DNA from: the human T2T-CHM13v2.0 reference genome, Homo sapiens
Assembly: GCF_009914755.1 (NCBI RefSeq)
Contig: NC_060940.1
DNA length: 64,000 nucleotides
Reading direction: 5' to 3' (one strand)
Shown: one piece after another, positions 45,300-59,830 of the stretch
Layout of the letters: each line of letters starts with the position of its first letter
Position numbering within the stretch: the first letter of the stretch is position 1
Program-made: the position numbers and the translations under genes
The notes under the pieces: generated by a model
The model's input: only the letters and a program-made list of their open reading frames with translations
The model's database searches: none
What the model was told of the DNA's origin: nothing

Positions 45300-45500
45300 C
45301 CAACAGAGATATGGATTCAAGTCCTGCCACTGGCACTTATTGCTGGTGTGCTCTGGGACAGGTTCCTAAATCTCTTTAGGCCTCAGTCTCCCTGTCTATA
45401 ATCCCCTATGTAATTCCCTTCAAATGATTGTTATGGGGATTAAATAAATCAATCCATGCAGTTTTAGGAATGGGCTTGGCACAGAGAGGTGCTTGGGAGT
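45300..45500 (+). mobile_element. MIR
   Basis: ggattcaagtcctgcc...gcctcagtctccc...gattgttatggggattaaataa. Confidence 0.75.
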
Positions 45501-45713
45501 GTTGGATGCCAGTATTCTTATAAGTAAAGGGATGTGGGACTTTGGGGTTCAGGGGTTCAGGGGTTCAGAGCCTGACTTTCCATAAAAGAGGACGGGATAA
45601 CTCCAAGAGGAGTTCTTGGAAGAAGGGGCATTTGAACTGGGCCATAAAGGGGGGTGGATGGCGTTTCTCTAGGCAGAGATGGCAGTAGGGAAATCAGGAG
45701 CCAGGAGGGACAT

Positions 45714-45803
45714 CTGGTCCCAGAAAGAGATCTGCGGGCAGGCCAGGCCTGCTCCTGGCTGGTCCCAGAAAGAGACCTGCGGGCAGGCCAGACCTGCTCC
45801 AGG
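45714..45803. repeat. 45-bp tandem duplication (2 copies, 3 mismatches)
   Basis: ctggtcccagaaagagaYctgcgggcaggccagRcctgctccWgg x2. Confidence 0.95.
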
Positions 45804-46744
45804 GCTGGGAGGAAAGCCACTGGGTGCCAGGGATACGCTCAGTATGAGCTGCCTTGTTCTAGGCCACGGCCTCTGCCCCCAGTCTTGACATTTGGTTTTC
45901 ACCTGTTTCCTCTGGGTAGTTGACACACAGCAGCTGCTGACTCTGAGGAGGCATGGGGAGGCCCAGCTGAAAATGCCCCCGGAGGAGGTGACTCAGTAGC
46001 TCCTATCTCGACCCTGGCAGAACTCAGGTAACTCAAGACACGGGGCAAACCTGAAGAGGCCCCCAGAGCTGTACCAGGAAAGCTCTGCAGTGTCATGGAA
46101 CACATGGAAGTGGCCTGATGCTACTGACTCACAGAGGCTTGGTGGATTGCTTTGAGTTGTTTTCGGTCACCCTCCATCTCCTTGTCTGTAAAACGGGGAC
46201 AGGCACTCCTCAGAACTGCTGGGACAGTCCGGGGAGCCTTTTGGTTGGCACAGTGTGTTTCAGAGTGGTTCTCTGTCCCCCCGCCCCAGGCATCCTCATG
46301 TGATTCGCTTGAAAACACGGCAGGACGGGTCCTGTCATTATCCCCGTTTCACAGATGAGGAACACTGAGGCTCAGAGGAGGGCCCTGACCTGCTCAGTAC
46401 CACATAGCTGGAGAGTGATAGATCCAGGGCTGGAGTCAGACCCCAGACAGTGCACAGATGGATGATCACATATTGACGGAACTTGGGTGTGACCACAGGA
46501 TACAGAGAGTGGAGAACTGATCTGATGAACTGACTGCAGGAGGCAGGGTAATACCATGGCCTAGCTAGCCCTCACCTCTTTTCTAGAAAGCATGGTGAGG
46601 ATGGGGGTGCTGATCCTAGGGCTGGCTGCGGAGCAGTGGCATGGAGACCACCTTCCAGTTGTGGCCAGAATGGAGGAAAGTTTTCCTATTGCTCTAATAT
46701 GAGGAGGCAACACTGCAGACCAGAATGAGTTAAAAGGTCAGTAA

Positions 46745-47050
46745 TTTATTTTTATTTTTATTTTTTGAGACAGTGTCTCTCTCTGTCGCCCAGGCCGGAG
46801 TACAGTGGCACAATCTCAGTTCACTGCAACCTCTGCCCCCTGGGTTCTAGCGATTCTCCTGCCTCAGGCTCCCAGGTAGCTGGGACTACTGGTGTGTAAC
46901 ACCATGTCCAGCTAATTTTTTGTATTTTTAGTAGAGACAGCATTTTGCCATGTTGGCCAGGCTGGTCTCAAACTCCTGGCCTCAAGTGATCCACCCACCT
47001 CAGCTTCCCAAAGTGCTGGGATTAGAGGCGTGAGCCATTTCGCACAGACC
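46745..47050 (-). mobile_element. AluS
   Basis: TSD aaaggt(c/t)agtaattta. Confidence 0.95.
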
Positions 47051-47877
47051 AAAGGTTAGTAATTTAAATTCTCCTCTGGATTTTGATGTGGCAGATGTTT
47101 ACTGAGCACTTAGCCACGTGCCAGCCATGGGTGGTAGCACTTAGCATTGTCTCATTTAGTCCTTACAACTCCATGGATAGATACTGCTATCACCCCCATT
47201 CTGCAGATGAGCAAACCAAGGCTAAGGGAGATAAACCAACCGGTCAGTGGAGCCGGGTACCGACCCAGACGGTCTGCTCTAGAGCCCCATGGCTAATCAC
47301 GCCTCTGCTGCCTGCTCTGTGGGCTGTTTTCTAAGTAAATCTAAGGCCCTGGTACCCAGTAGTTGCTGTGCAAATATCGGGTTAGCGGATGAATACATGA
47401 ATTAGTGAAAAATGGCCCAAGTAAAATAACCTGTGAGTAGGAGGTGATTTTAGAGACCATTTAGTCCTCCCTGTAGATGTGGTAAGTGTCTTATCTGCAA
47501 CGCCCTAGCTGCACAACTCCTTGGCTTCCCTCTGAGACAGGTAGCTCACCCCCGACCTTGTGGGCAGCACCAGCTCTCAGAGGGAGCAGAGAGGCTGAGC
47601 CCGCGGCCCTGCTGGAGCACAAGATGTCAGAGCTGGGGACCCTTCCTGCCCCTCCACACCTCCTATGTGCCCCAAGAGGGAAGGAGTCTGCATTTCCTGA
47701 GGCCCTCCACTGAGTGGGGATGAGGGGTGGGCAGGCTGAGACTGGGCTTACCCAGGGCTCAATAAGGGGCCTGGAGTCCTGGTGGGAGTTCTGGAGTCAG
47801 ACTGCCTGGGTGGGATCTCCGTCGCGTTCCTGAACCCCCTGTGCCCTATCTGTAAAACCCGCATTATAAAGTGGCTC

Positions 47878-48121
47878 CCTGAGGTCAGGAGTTCGAGACC
47901 AGCCTGGCCAACGTGGTGAAACCCCATCTCTACTAAAAATACAAAAGGTAGCCAATTGTGGTGGCACATGCCTGTAATCCCAGCTACTTGGGAGGATGAG
48001 GCAGGAGAATTGCTTGAACCCAGGAGGCGGAGGCTGCAGTCAGCCAAGGTCACATCACTGCACTCCAGCCTAGGGGACAAAGCAAGACTCCATCTCAAAA
48101 AAAAAAAAAAAAAGAAAAAAA
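47878..48121 (+). mobile_element. 5'-truncated AluS inserted in a MIR
   Basis: TSD ttataaagtggct. Confidence 0.93.
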
Positions 48122-48394
48122 GTTATAAAGTGGCTTCCGCCTCTCGGGGTATGGTGAGGAGTCTGTGGGCTGATTCCTGTAATGGGCCTAGCACAGTGCC
48201 TGGTTGCCAGGATTACATAATAGCTATTATTATCATCTGCAGCCACCAGACATAGAACTGGACACTCTCCGGCTCCACCCCTTCATCCCAGGGGTGCTGG
48301 GCTAGGTCCCGGATTGGTGGTGAGGGAGGAGTCCCAGAGCCAAAGCCCTGACCTCACAAATGCTCCCTAGGTACCTGATGAAGCAATTTCCTGA

Positions 48395-48785
<391 letters not shown>

Positions 48786-49339
48786 TGATCTGAGGCACAG
48801 AGAGGTTAAGAAACCTCCCCGAGTGTACCTAGTGAGTGAAGGTCCCAGCCCAGGGCCTCAGGCCCAGCCCCTGCTGCTCCATCACAAGCCAGGGACCCTG
48901 AGGCCAGAGGTCATGGGGGATGGAGCATGGGTGTCAGGAGTGGCGGAGTTGCCAGCGGGTAGACAGGAAGTCACTGGGACTCCCTTGGTGTCCTTATCAG
49001 GGTGGGTGACATCTCTGGGGCTGTGGGGAAACCCCGGAGCCTAGAGGTCAGGCTGTCATCCTGCAGATCCCCCTCTCTCTGACACTCCTTCTCCCTTCTG
49101 GTACCCCAACCCTGTCTGTACTCAAGCAGGAGACTCGTAGGGCAGAGCAGGCCTGCAGGCCCATGGGTGCGGCAAAGGTGGCATCGACTGTTGGGAATTT
49201 GCCATGGGGAAGAGGGGCAAGAGGGAGCTGGGACTGGGAATGCCAGTGGGGTCTGGGCTGGTCTTCAGGAATGGATCTGGGCTGTGGCCAGCAGATAACC
49301 CTTCTTTACTGCCTTGGGGAGTCAGAGAGGGCTCCAGTC

Positions 49340-50090
<751 letters not shown>

Positions 50091-50909
50091 GCGTGGTGCA
50101 TCCCCTGCCTGTCCACACTTTCATCCATCCACCGTCTGTGCTTTCTTCCCACACTTCCTCACCCATCAATCACCCAGAATTTCTCGATCCCAGGCCCTGT
50201 GCTGGTTCTTGGGTTTGGTGCGCTAGCAGGGCACACGGATCAGGAAAGAAAGAATTCCGACACTTAGGGATTGGTCCCAGCCAAGGGGGAGCCTGGGGGA
50301 CTATGGGAGAAACAGTGGGGTGAGGGGAGGTGAGGGAAGGTTTATAGGGTGCATTGAGGTGCATGCAGCACCTCGCACCAGGCGTGACCCACAGTGGCAC
50401 CTGATAGAGACTTTGTAGAATAAATCAGCCATTGCCCGGATGGCTTCTAGAAGGGGTGGCGGGGCTCAGACGGTGTTCTCAATGTTGAGGATGTGATGCA
50501 GGAATCAGAAAGCATCTAGAGGAGGGGTACCTGGGTGTGAGAGCTTGAGAAACTTCCCCTGGAGAATTGCCAGACTGAGACAAGGAGTGAAGGGTGGGAC
50601 AGGGGCCAGGCAGGCAGGGTTAGGGGCGAGTGGGCCAAGGCCTGCCTGGAGGACTCTGCTGGGCACCCTCCCAGGATGCCTTGAGCGGTGGCCGCTGAGC
50701 TCTTTCCTGGAAGAGGCTTCCATCCCTGCCTCTTTGTCTACCTCAGTTCTCCCTCTGTCAGGTGTCCTGCAGGAGCCTGGAAACTCAGAGAGAAGAATGA
50801 GCAGGACTCCCCATCCCCCTCGCTTCCCGCCTCCTGACCCCACCAGCTGCTGGCTGGGGCCTGTTTTTATTACAGGCAGGTGAGTCTGGCCCAGGATTCC
50901 AGGCGGGGC

Positions 50910-51084
50910 CTGGACTGAGGGAGGAGGCAGGAAGAAACTCACAAAGAGTTGGCAGATCACGGATGGAGGGCAGCATCTCCCAACAGCCTGGGCGGCCGCT
51001 GAGACCCAGAGAACCCAAGGACTCCCCTGGGCTCATCCAGCAGCCTCTGCTTCCCAGGAGAGAGGTGCTGAAGTCCACGAAGAG
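50910..51084 (+). other. ADGRG1: ADGRG1 (GPR56) alternative non-coding first exon (start approximate)
   Basis: Donor GAG|GTGAGG at 51085; unique GC-rich context; resembles a GPR56 5'UTR variant as I recall it. Confidence 0.6.
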
Positions 51085-51197
51085 GTGAGGGGTGGGGGGA
51101 CTCAGCACCTAAGGGTCAGGTTGGCCCCTGCAAGGACACCTGGGAACAAGAGAGGGTGGCGGCTGCAGTGGCTGTGGGGCAGCCGGAAATGGGGCGA

Positions 51198-51339
51198 GAC
51201 AGACAGGCGGAGCCTCACCTGGGGCTGCCCGCCAGCCCAGACAAGCTCAGACTGGGTGCCTGTGGCCCTGGGAGGAGGTGGAAGGGGAGGAGCAGGCCAC
51301 ACAGGCACAGGCCGGTGAGGGACCTGCCCAGACCTGGAG
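51198..51339 (+). other. ADGRG1: ADGRG1 (GPR56) non-coding first exon (start approximate)
   Basis: agacaggcggagcctcacctggggctg...cccagacctggag recognised as a GPR56 mRNA 5' end; donor GAG|GTAAGA at 51340; upstream ETS-like CCGGAAAT at 51183. Confidence 0.75.
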
Positions 51340-53181
51340 GTAAGAGACGGGTGGGGGACAGGGGTGGGAAAGATAAGTAGGGTGCCACTGCCAGCCTGTC
51401 CCCCTTGACCTTGGCCATCCCTCAGGTCTAGTTCAATGCCCTGAGAGTCCCGATGTGTGTGGCCTGGCCCTTGGCCTGTTCAGGGTACTGGGCGTCTCTC
51501 AGTGGAGGCCCTGGCTGTTCTGGGGTTACCCCTTGCAGTGCACAGCATGGCCGGGCATGCTGGCATGGTGGTCATCCTAGCACCGGGAAGCTGGCAGGTG
51601 TGAGGTGTGTTCCCGGTGTCCAACGGACACTGCAGGACGCAGGGCAAGGGTGACGCCGCGGAGCCTGAGCATGGACGGGAGGCAGGCGGCAGGACCTGAA
51701 GTCTCCTGCCTGCTTTCCGCAGCGCCCTGAGCAGCTTCCTCCTGGGATCCCACGGAAACCGGTTTGGGAGCAGGTTGGCCCAGGTCGTTTGACTTTTGAC
51801 TGGGGAGGAGAAGGCAGCCTCCCTTAGCGAGCCAAATGGAAGGAACAGGGTGCAGGCCTGGGGGGGCGTGCCCAGCCAGCGGCCAGCTGAGGGTCCCCTG
51901 CTCCCCCCAGCTGCCTGCACCCAGCATCACAGCCCTCCCTCCCCTGGCTGCAAGAGGCAGGAGGAGAACTTCAAACGGTCCCTCCCTCCACCGGCTGCTT
52001 GTCTTCTCTGGGCCAGGCCCCTCCATGGTGGCTGAGGACTCTTTGGAACAGGGAACTGTCGTGGAAGAAAGGGCCCGGCCCTGCCACTGCCTCCTGTGGG
52101 ACCCTGGGCCAGGCTCCCCTGCTGTCCAGGCCTGTTTCCCTGTCTGTTCCATGAAGGAGAGGCAGGGGCAGTGGTCTGTAAACCCATAAGCTGCAGCAGT
52201 AGGCCCCTCCCCTGGTCTCATGGGCCACACACGCCAGCCAGCCAGAGGTGGGTGTCTGGAGTTGCGGGTGGGGTGCTGGCGCTGTGCCCTCTCTACCAAC
52301 TTGGCTCCCTGGGGCGTGTGGGCAGCAAATGGCACCCCCCACATTCCCTCTGTTAATTAGGCAGCCCCTGCTAATGAGTGGCTTCATCATTGCTCCATTA
52401 CGCCTTCTGAGCCATCTGTGCCCCAGGACTTAGGGGGAGACCCTGGGGGCTCCTGGCTGCTGGGCACAGGCACATGCAGAAGGCGGCATTTCTGGGATGT
52501 GTTGGGGGGCTGGGTGCTCCGTGGGCTTTCCACAAAGTAGTTTCAACTGCAGCTCTTCATTTTACCAAGAGAGAAGTGGTGGCAGTCCTGGTGTCCAGGT
52601 GAGGAAACGGAGGCGCCCTCTTTATGATTCTCCCAGTGGGAAGTCTCTTGTAGCCAACACTTTAACACATTCTGTGCTGGGCACTGATGGGGTGTGTATG
52701 GGTGTAGGGAGTGGGGGTGGAGGTGGGGTGCACGGGGAGATCAAAGCTGACCTCCAGGAACACTGTGGCATCGAGTGAGATGATACACAGTCCTTTCGAG
52801 TTGGAGCAAGTCCTGCCATCTTTGCACACTGCTGTGCCACCTTGTGGGTAGTCACTAAACCTCTCTGGGCCTCATTTGGCTCCCTTGGCACAGGAGCGAC
52901 GATGCCTCACTGCCTGACCAGAGGCACCTGACACCAGGCCTGGCATCCGAGCAGCTGCCACTCAGACCTCACAGGCCAGGGCCAAGGGAGCTGCTGATGC
53001 AAGAGGCACAATTTTAGGGGCAAGAGCAGCAAGTAGGATGGTCTTGAGGTAAGGGGATGCTGGTGACCCCATGCCAAGGCTGAGACCCCTAGTTCAGGAA
53101 GGGAGGTTTCTACAGAGGAGTCAGAGGCCTCTTCTGCTGCCCTCTCCACTGGGGGAATTTGGATTTTAAAAGAGAACCCAA

Positions 53182-53355
53182 GCTGGGTGTGGTGGCCTAC
53201 CTGTAATCCCAGCTCCTCGTGAGGCTCAGGTGGGAGGATCATGTGAGCCCAGGCGTTTGAGGCTGCAGGGAGCTCTGATTGCATCACTGCACTCCAGCCT
53301 GGGTGACAGAGCAGGATCCCGTCTCTAAAAAAAAAAAAAAAACAAAACAAAAAAC
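53182..53355 (+). mobile_element. Alu monomer (FRAM-like)
   Basis: Single arm with A tail. Confidence 0.88.
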
Positions 53356-55414
53356 CAGAGAGAGAGTGGGGAGTTTATGCTAAACCAAAGATACAGCAGT
53401 GGCAGTGACAGAGGCTCTCTAAGATAGGCGGATACCTCCATTTTACACAGGAAGATACTGAGGCACAGAAAGCTCTAATTTGGTGCAAAATCTCATGATT
53501 GGCTATTCAGAGGGCTTCAGGGTGATGCTGGGTGGCGTCTAGGTGGAGTGATGGGCAGTTTTGAGCCCCCCAACCGCTGGGGCTCCTCCAGACAAGGCTG
53601 CTTCTAGCTGGGCGCCAGGTAGGGATCATCCCAGGAGCCACACTCGGAGGAGGGGCTGTGCTTCTGGCTCCAATACCCTGAGGTGCAGAGGACACCGTGA
53701 CATGCAGGGATGTGTAGAGTCTCACCGAAGAACCCAGACTTCTGGACGCCCAGCCGTGCACACTGCAAGAGGGGCCCAGGCTGGCAGGCATGTGATTGGG
53801 TGAGGGAAGGACTTATTAGAGGTGGCTCAGCCTTGCTCTGGGCTCAGGGGCTTCTGAAGGCTGGGGGCAGGGGTATGGCCAGAATGACCTGTTCTGGATG
53901 GATCCATCCTTCCTGCCAAGTGCTCTTGGGAGGCTAGGCAAAAGGTCAGACATTCCGTCATGCTTAGGAAGACGGGGCGGCCACACTGTCTACCTTCTAT
54001 CTCAGGCAGCGGGGCACCCAGGCATGCCTTCCCCGCTGGGGAGGTCAGCAGGCGGGGGTGGACCTTGGAGGCCCAGCCAGCCTGAACCCTAAGGAACTGC
54101 ATTCTGCAGTGGCCCTTTCCCGGCAGGGCAGGGACAGGGTGACCCTGGGGGAGGGAGAACGTCTGTCTGCATCTGGCTCAAGGCCATTTCTTGTTGGCAT
54201 GTGGTCAAGTTGCCATTGGAACCAAGAAGATGGTATGGAGGGGCAAAGCAGGACTTAAATAAGGCAGCTCTAATCCTGTGTGACCTGAGTCAGTCCCTTT
54301 CCCTCTCTGAGTCTCAGTCTTCTCCTCTCACAAATGGGGCAAATCCTCCTTGACAGGGTTGTGGGGGAAAATGCAAGTCACCTGCCTAGCACAGGATAAG
54401 TGCTAAACAGGGGTTCACCTGCTCCAAGTCTAGAACCTTCCGGGGGTGGGGTGGATAGAGGCCAGTGCTGCAGCCAGGTGTGGACGCAGGAGCCCGACTG
54501 GCATCCGGGGAGTGCCTCCTCCCTGACCACAAGCTCCAGCGCTTTTGAAACCAGATGCAGGTTAAACATGGGCAGGGCACCTGCCGAGGCTCCACTCACC
54601 AAGGGAGCCAGTTAGATGGAGTCTGTCCTTGGAGCTCCAAATAAGGTATCAGAAAATGTCTTGGACCTGGTCATGCTCGCCCCTCCTGTGTGCCCGGCCT
54701 TTCATTCTATCATCCGAGCTGGCACCAAGGCTTGCATCCTAAGGCTGGTCCTGAAGCACCACTAGATTTGTCCCGTTTTAGCGATGAGGATGACCTTGCT
54801 TCCCCCGCATCTTGGCTAGGCCAGGCTCCCTGCTCTTTCCCTGACTGGGGGATGGGCAGTGGGTGGGGGAGGCGGGCCTAGGGAACCAGACACACAGCTC
54901 CCTTTGTGAAGGCGGCTGAGTCACATGTGCAACGCAATCCCTGCTGGGCCTGGGCCCTGAGGCGGGTGTGATGGGAGATGGCGTTATCATGGGACTATGG
55001 GTACCCCCACGCCTGTGTCCAGGAGGCTTTCCCACAGGAGATAGCAGGGAGGTGGCTGGGAACATTGGCCGCAAAACACATGGTCTGAGATCAGGTCCTG
55101 ACTCTGTTGCCAACTTGCTGCAAAGCTTTGGGAAGTTCCTCTCTCTGAGCCTCAGTTTTCATCTCTGTTAAATGGGAACAATCATCACTGTTTTGTAGAG
55201 GAGGTAGTAGATGTGAAAGGGTTCTGCAAACTGCAAATGGTGGAGTTCTGGGCCTTTGGCATTCATGTGGACTTTATCATAATAATAATGATGTTGGCCA
55301 AGATTTATTGAGCACCTACTGTGTGCCTTGCATTGTGCTCAATGATTTATATGGTCACTCAGCTTGCAAGGGGAGAAGCCTGGATATGAACTGCTCTTGT
55401 CTAAAAAATACCTA

Positions 55415-55720
<306 letters not shown>

Positions 55721-58700
55721 CCCACTTCTGAGCAGGCAGTGGTTGCTCATGGCCATTTGCACAGGTGGGGACAGCTCTTCACTGTTTGCTAGGCTGGTTC
55801 CCACTAAATGCTGCTGCTCTGGCCAGAGGGTTAGAGATAGAAAAAGGGGCTGAAGACCTCCTCCTAACCCTCCCAGCCCCACCATGTCTTCCTACTCCCC
55901 CAGGCCTCAGTCACAGCAGACAATAAGGATGCCCTAACCCCTTATCCCTGTCCTGAGGCTCTCATGTTCTTGAAGATCTCCTCCTACCTCCCTGGCAGCC
56001 TCCTCTCTACCTCCTTTGCAGGCCCCTCTGAATAACAGTGCCCTGGCCAATGCATTGGGGTGCCCATTGTCTGCCAGGCCTGGGCTGCAAGATTTACGCA
56101 TGTGGCCTCATTTAATCGGCCCAATAGAAGGTGCTATTTTGGTCCCCACTTGGCAGGCGAGGAGATAAATGGATGGAGAGATGCTTGCCCAAGTCATCCA
56201 GCTGGCCGGCTGGGAGTAGAGGCCAGCTGGCCTGAACCCAGAGTCTGTGATCACAGACTCCAGGCTCAGAGAGGGTGCAGCAGCATTGCCCCCTCTCCTC
56301 TGTCCCTCAAAACGAAGGGTTTCCTGCACCTTCAGCTTTCTGCTTTCCCCACACCATCTCTGGACTCTGTCGCCAGCCAATGATGCCATGACCTTCTCTG
56401 GGCCTGGCGACCCCAGTCCCTCACTGCTGAGCCCCAACGACGTGTTTCCAGCTGCCTTGGGAAGCAGGGGGGACCTGTGGCTTCCCCACATGACACAGAG
56501 CTACCCCCATTCCATTGCACACAGGGCAGTCTCTTCTCTGCCTTCCGGATCTGCACCCCATCCTGTGCCCTGATTCTTCAGGGACGTTTCAGACATCTTC
56601 CCCCTCTCCTCGGTCCCCACCTTCACTTGTCGGGTTGTGGGGGGTGGGGTGTCCCAGCCCTTTTCCTGGTCTCTTGGACCAAAGTCTCCTCCCCCGCTCT
56701 TCCCCCATCTGCCTCCTTCGAGGCCCCATCCGGACCCAACTTCCCCTCTACTCCTCTGCCCATCCCTCCGCATCATTGCTGGTACAAGTCCCTGGCGTCT
56801 AGACCAGGGCTTCTCACACCTCCAATTCTGGAATCCCCTGGGCATCTTATTAAAATACACATTCAGATTCAGCAGGTCTCAGGCTATCTGTAGGTCTGAA
56901 GACCACATTTTGAGGGCTAATCAGGCCTCTCCCTACCTAAACATCTTCTCTGGCTCCCCAGTACCTTTGATTTAAGCCCAAACTCTACACTTTCAAAATC
57001 TTCCAGAATCTGCCCCTTGCTGCCCAGTTAGATCCCACTTCCTTCCAAGCATGGCTCCATGCCCTACCTCTCCACCTCAGCCAATGCTGTTCCCTCTGCC
57101 TGGGGTGCCCTTCCTGCTGGTCTCTGTTTATCGAAGCCCCCTTCTTCTCCTTCAGGTCCCAGCAGGGGCTCTGGGGTCTACACGCTTAGTTCAGATCCTG
57201 GCTGTTATAGAAAGGCGTGGGTAGCCCTCCCTGTACCTCGGTTCCCCTTCTGTAAAGTGGGGATAGACTGTTGTGAGAACAGAAGGAGAAGATGAAGTGC
57301 CTAGCAGGGGCCGGATATCTGGTGTCCCGTGTTTGGTTACAGCCCACACACCTGGAGGCCCAGCCAGGTCCAAGCTGTGCGACCTTGGCTAAGTTACTTC
57401 ATGTCTCTGACCATCTCTAACATACAAGTGGTACCCAACCCACAGGGTTGTGTGGATAAAATGAGAATGATCTGTACAAGCAGAGCATCTTACACCATAA
57501 AACCTCCAGACATAGCAGGTGATTATTAGTCCTGTTATCAGCACTCATAACAGATAGTGTTGTGTTTAACAATTCATTGAATTTCTCCCCCTTTACTCCC
57601 AGAGACCCCTGGATGCTGAATACCAACTCCAGGTATCACTACTATGAGAACCAGGCTTGTCTCTCTAGCCAGACTCAGAGCTGGGGGCCTGCTTCCTCAC
57701 CTGCCTGCCCCTAGCTCATAGTAGGTCTCTGCAAAGTCCGACGGTGAGAGAGGCAGGCAGAGCTGGGAAGCCAACTCCGCCCGGCCAGGCAGCCCCATAA
57801 GCCTCTCCTATGCGGCCAGAGTGGCAGCTGGCTCCGCACTCTCTTCAGCCATCTGCAGAGAGAGTGGTGCCTTCAACTCTCCATCTGTGCCCTTCTGGTC
57901 AGCACGCTCTGTGGGGTGTGTGTGTGGTGGTGGTGGTGGGGGGACAGCTGCCCTGTGGGCCTGGTCCCTGGGGAACAGCTGAGGCTGCCCGGGTTACCAA
58001 TTGATCAGGCCCTGAAGGACTGACCTTGGGGAAACTGAGGCAGAGGTGGTGGTATGTCAGGGACAACCCATCCTCCCCTAGATAACTCACTTGTCCTCCC
58101 TTGTTAGTGGGCCCCCAGTGTAGGCTGGCCTCTGCTGCTTTGGCAATAAGGGAGTTCCCACTGCAGCCCCGGGAGAGAGCAGAGGGTATGACATGGGCCC
58201 AGTCCCCACTGTGCCTCCCTGCCCCAGGTATTGGCCCACAGCCTGCACTGGGGACTGTGAATGTGGGAAGCACAGTGCCGTTTTCTGGAAGCTCTCACCT
58301 TATGGCCTCCCTGCACCCCACGGGGTGGCTTTGTGGCCCTTCCTTTCTGCAGCTTGATTTCAGGCAGGTAGGTGAGGAGTGCAGTTCACCTGCAGCAGCC
58401 CTGGCTCCTAGGCTGCCCGAGACGTTCCATTCATTCTTCCTCCACGTGGCATGGGGAAGCTTTTCCTGGCCCCCTTGTTTAGAAGGCAGATCTCTACCGG
58501 AGAGAAGGAATCTCAAGTTCCCCAAGCATCCACGTGTCCAGGCCCCAGGCTGAGGCCTGGGGTGCTGGATTGCTGAGTGGTTAGGAGACCCGCTATGGAG
58601 CCAGACGGCCTGTGCTCCCGCCATCCCAACTCGGGCACCTCCCTGCTGTGTGATCTTGGGCAGGTTAATTCTCATCTCTGAGCTACATGTATCTGCCTTA

Positions 58701-59279
58701 AGCTCCCTCTTCTTCATCACCACATTCACAGGGAGTATTTATTGAGGGCTTGGCAAGTACCAGGCACTGGTCTGAGTAGCAGGTTTGACTTCTCTCCACT
58801 GCCAGGGGCGCTCTGGAGCTGGAATGCAGACGGTGGTCAGCGAGTGTAATTACTGTTATTGTCACCACTCACCCTTCTGGCATTGTAAAATCCTCCCAGC
58901 ACATCTGACTGAGGAATCATCTATCCTCATTGCTCGGAGGAGGGCAGACAGGAGCCTCTGCAGGGAGTGTGAGTTATCCAAAGCCTCCTGACTCGAGAAG
59001 GGCACTGAACCCCAGCAGCGGGAGGTGCTGCTGACAGAGGAATGACCAGAAGGGGGATGGGGCATGGCCCATTTCCACACTTCTCTGTCTGAGCTTTTGG
59101 GGCCACTGGGAATGGCTCTTCACCCAGGCCTCGGTTTCCCCTTTGGCTCAGCAGATGGATTAAAGGAGGCCGTTTCCAGAAGCCCCTGGGGTCTCAGAAT
59201 CCAAAATGACTTGGGATGTTGAAACTGTGGGTGCTTGAGGAGCACTGAGAGGGGAGACGGGTCACCCCCCAGGGGGGAC

Positions 59280-59830
59280 GCAGGTCAGCCGGTCAGTCGT
59301 GCGTGGCCTGGCTGGCCTCCTGCCCGGCTGCCTGTCACCCGGCTCCCTCCCGACTGCCTTCCGCTCTGCCGGTCAGCACTGGCTCCCGTCGGCTGCCAAG
59401 GAGGCTGGACTCTCCTTCAGGAAAGGGCAGTTGTCGCCCTGACCTGGGGGGTGGGCGGACAGCATCCAAGGGCCCTGTTGCCGTGGCAACCCCGGCCTCT
59501 CTGTGGGAACTTTGGGGAGACTGGCCCTGGGAGGCGACAGATGGAGGCTGAGGAAGCAGAGTGATCCCCGGCCCCTTCCTGTCCCTGAACACTGTCTGCC
59601 TGGATGAGGGGTGAGGCTGAGGTGCCCCCTTGCCCGGCGCTGAGTCATGGGCATCCCCCAGGATCACTGCCTCAGCGCTCTCAGCCCTGCCCCCTCCTGG
59701 TCTCCCTCTGAGAAATCCATGACTCACATATATCGTCCGTCATCCCCAGTCAAGCTCAGGGAGGAGGGAGGAGCCCAGCTGGGGCAGGAGAGGGTTGTCT
59801 CCCCACCAAACAAACCCGGTCCCTCCCTCT
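59280..59830 (+). promoter_or_regulatory. ADGRG1 downstream promoter region
   Basis: Locally CpG-richer unique DNA; GC box at 59453; AP-1 sites TGAGTCA at 59641 and TGACTCA at 59720; lies upstream of a recognised 5'UTR exon. Confidence 0.6.

Noticed and set aside
51596-51610. Overlapping T-box half sites AGGTGTGA/AGGTGTGT
   Set aside because: Short motifs occur repeatedly in the window; insufficient on their own.
51577-52344. 255-aa minus-strand ORF (similar case at 62272-63144)
   Set aside because: GC-rich intronic DNA with no recognisable domain; such lengths are expected by chance.
52539-52598. Possible small internal 5'UTR exon ending at CAG|GTGAGG
   Set aside because: The acceptor is ambiguous and weak; not supportable without transcript data.
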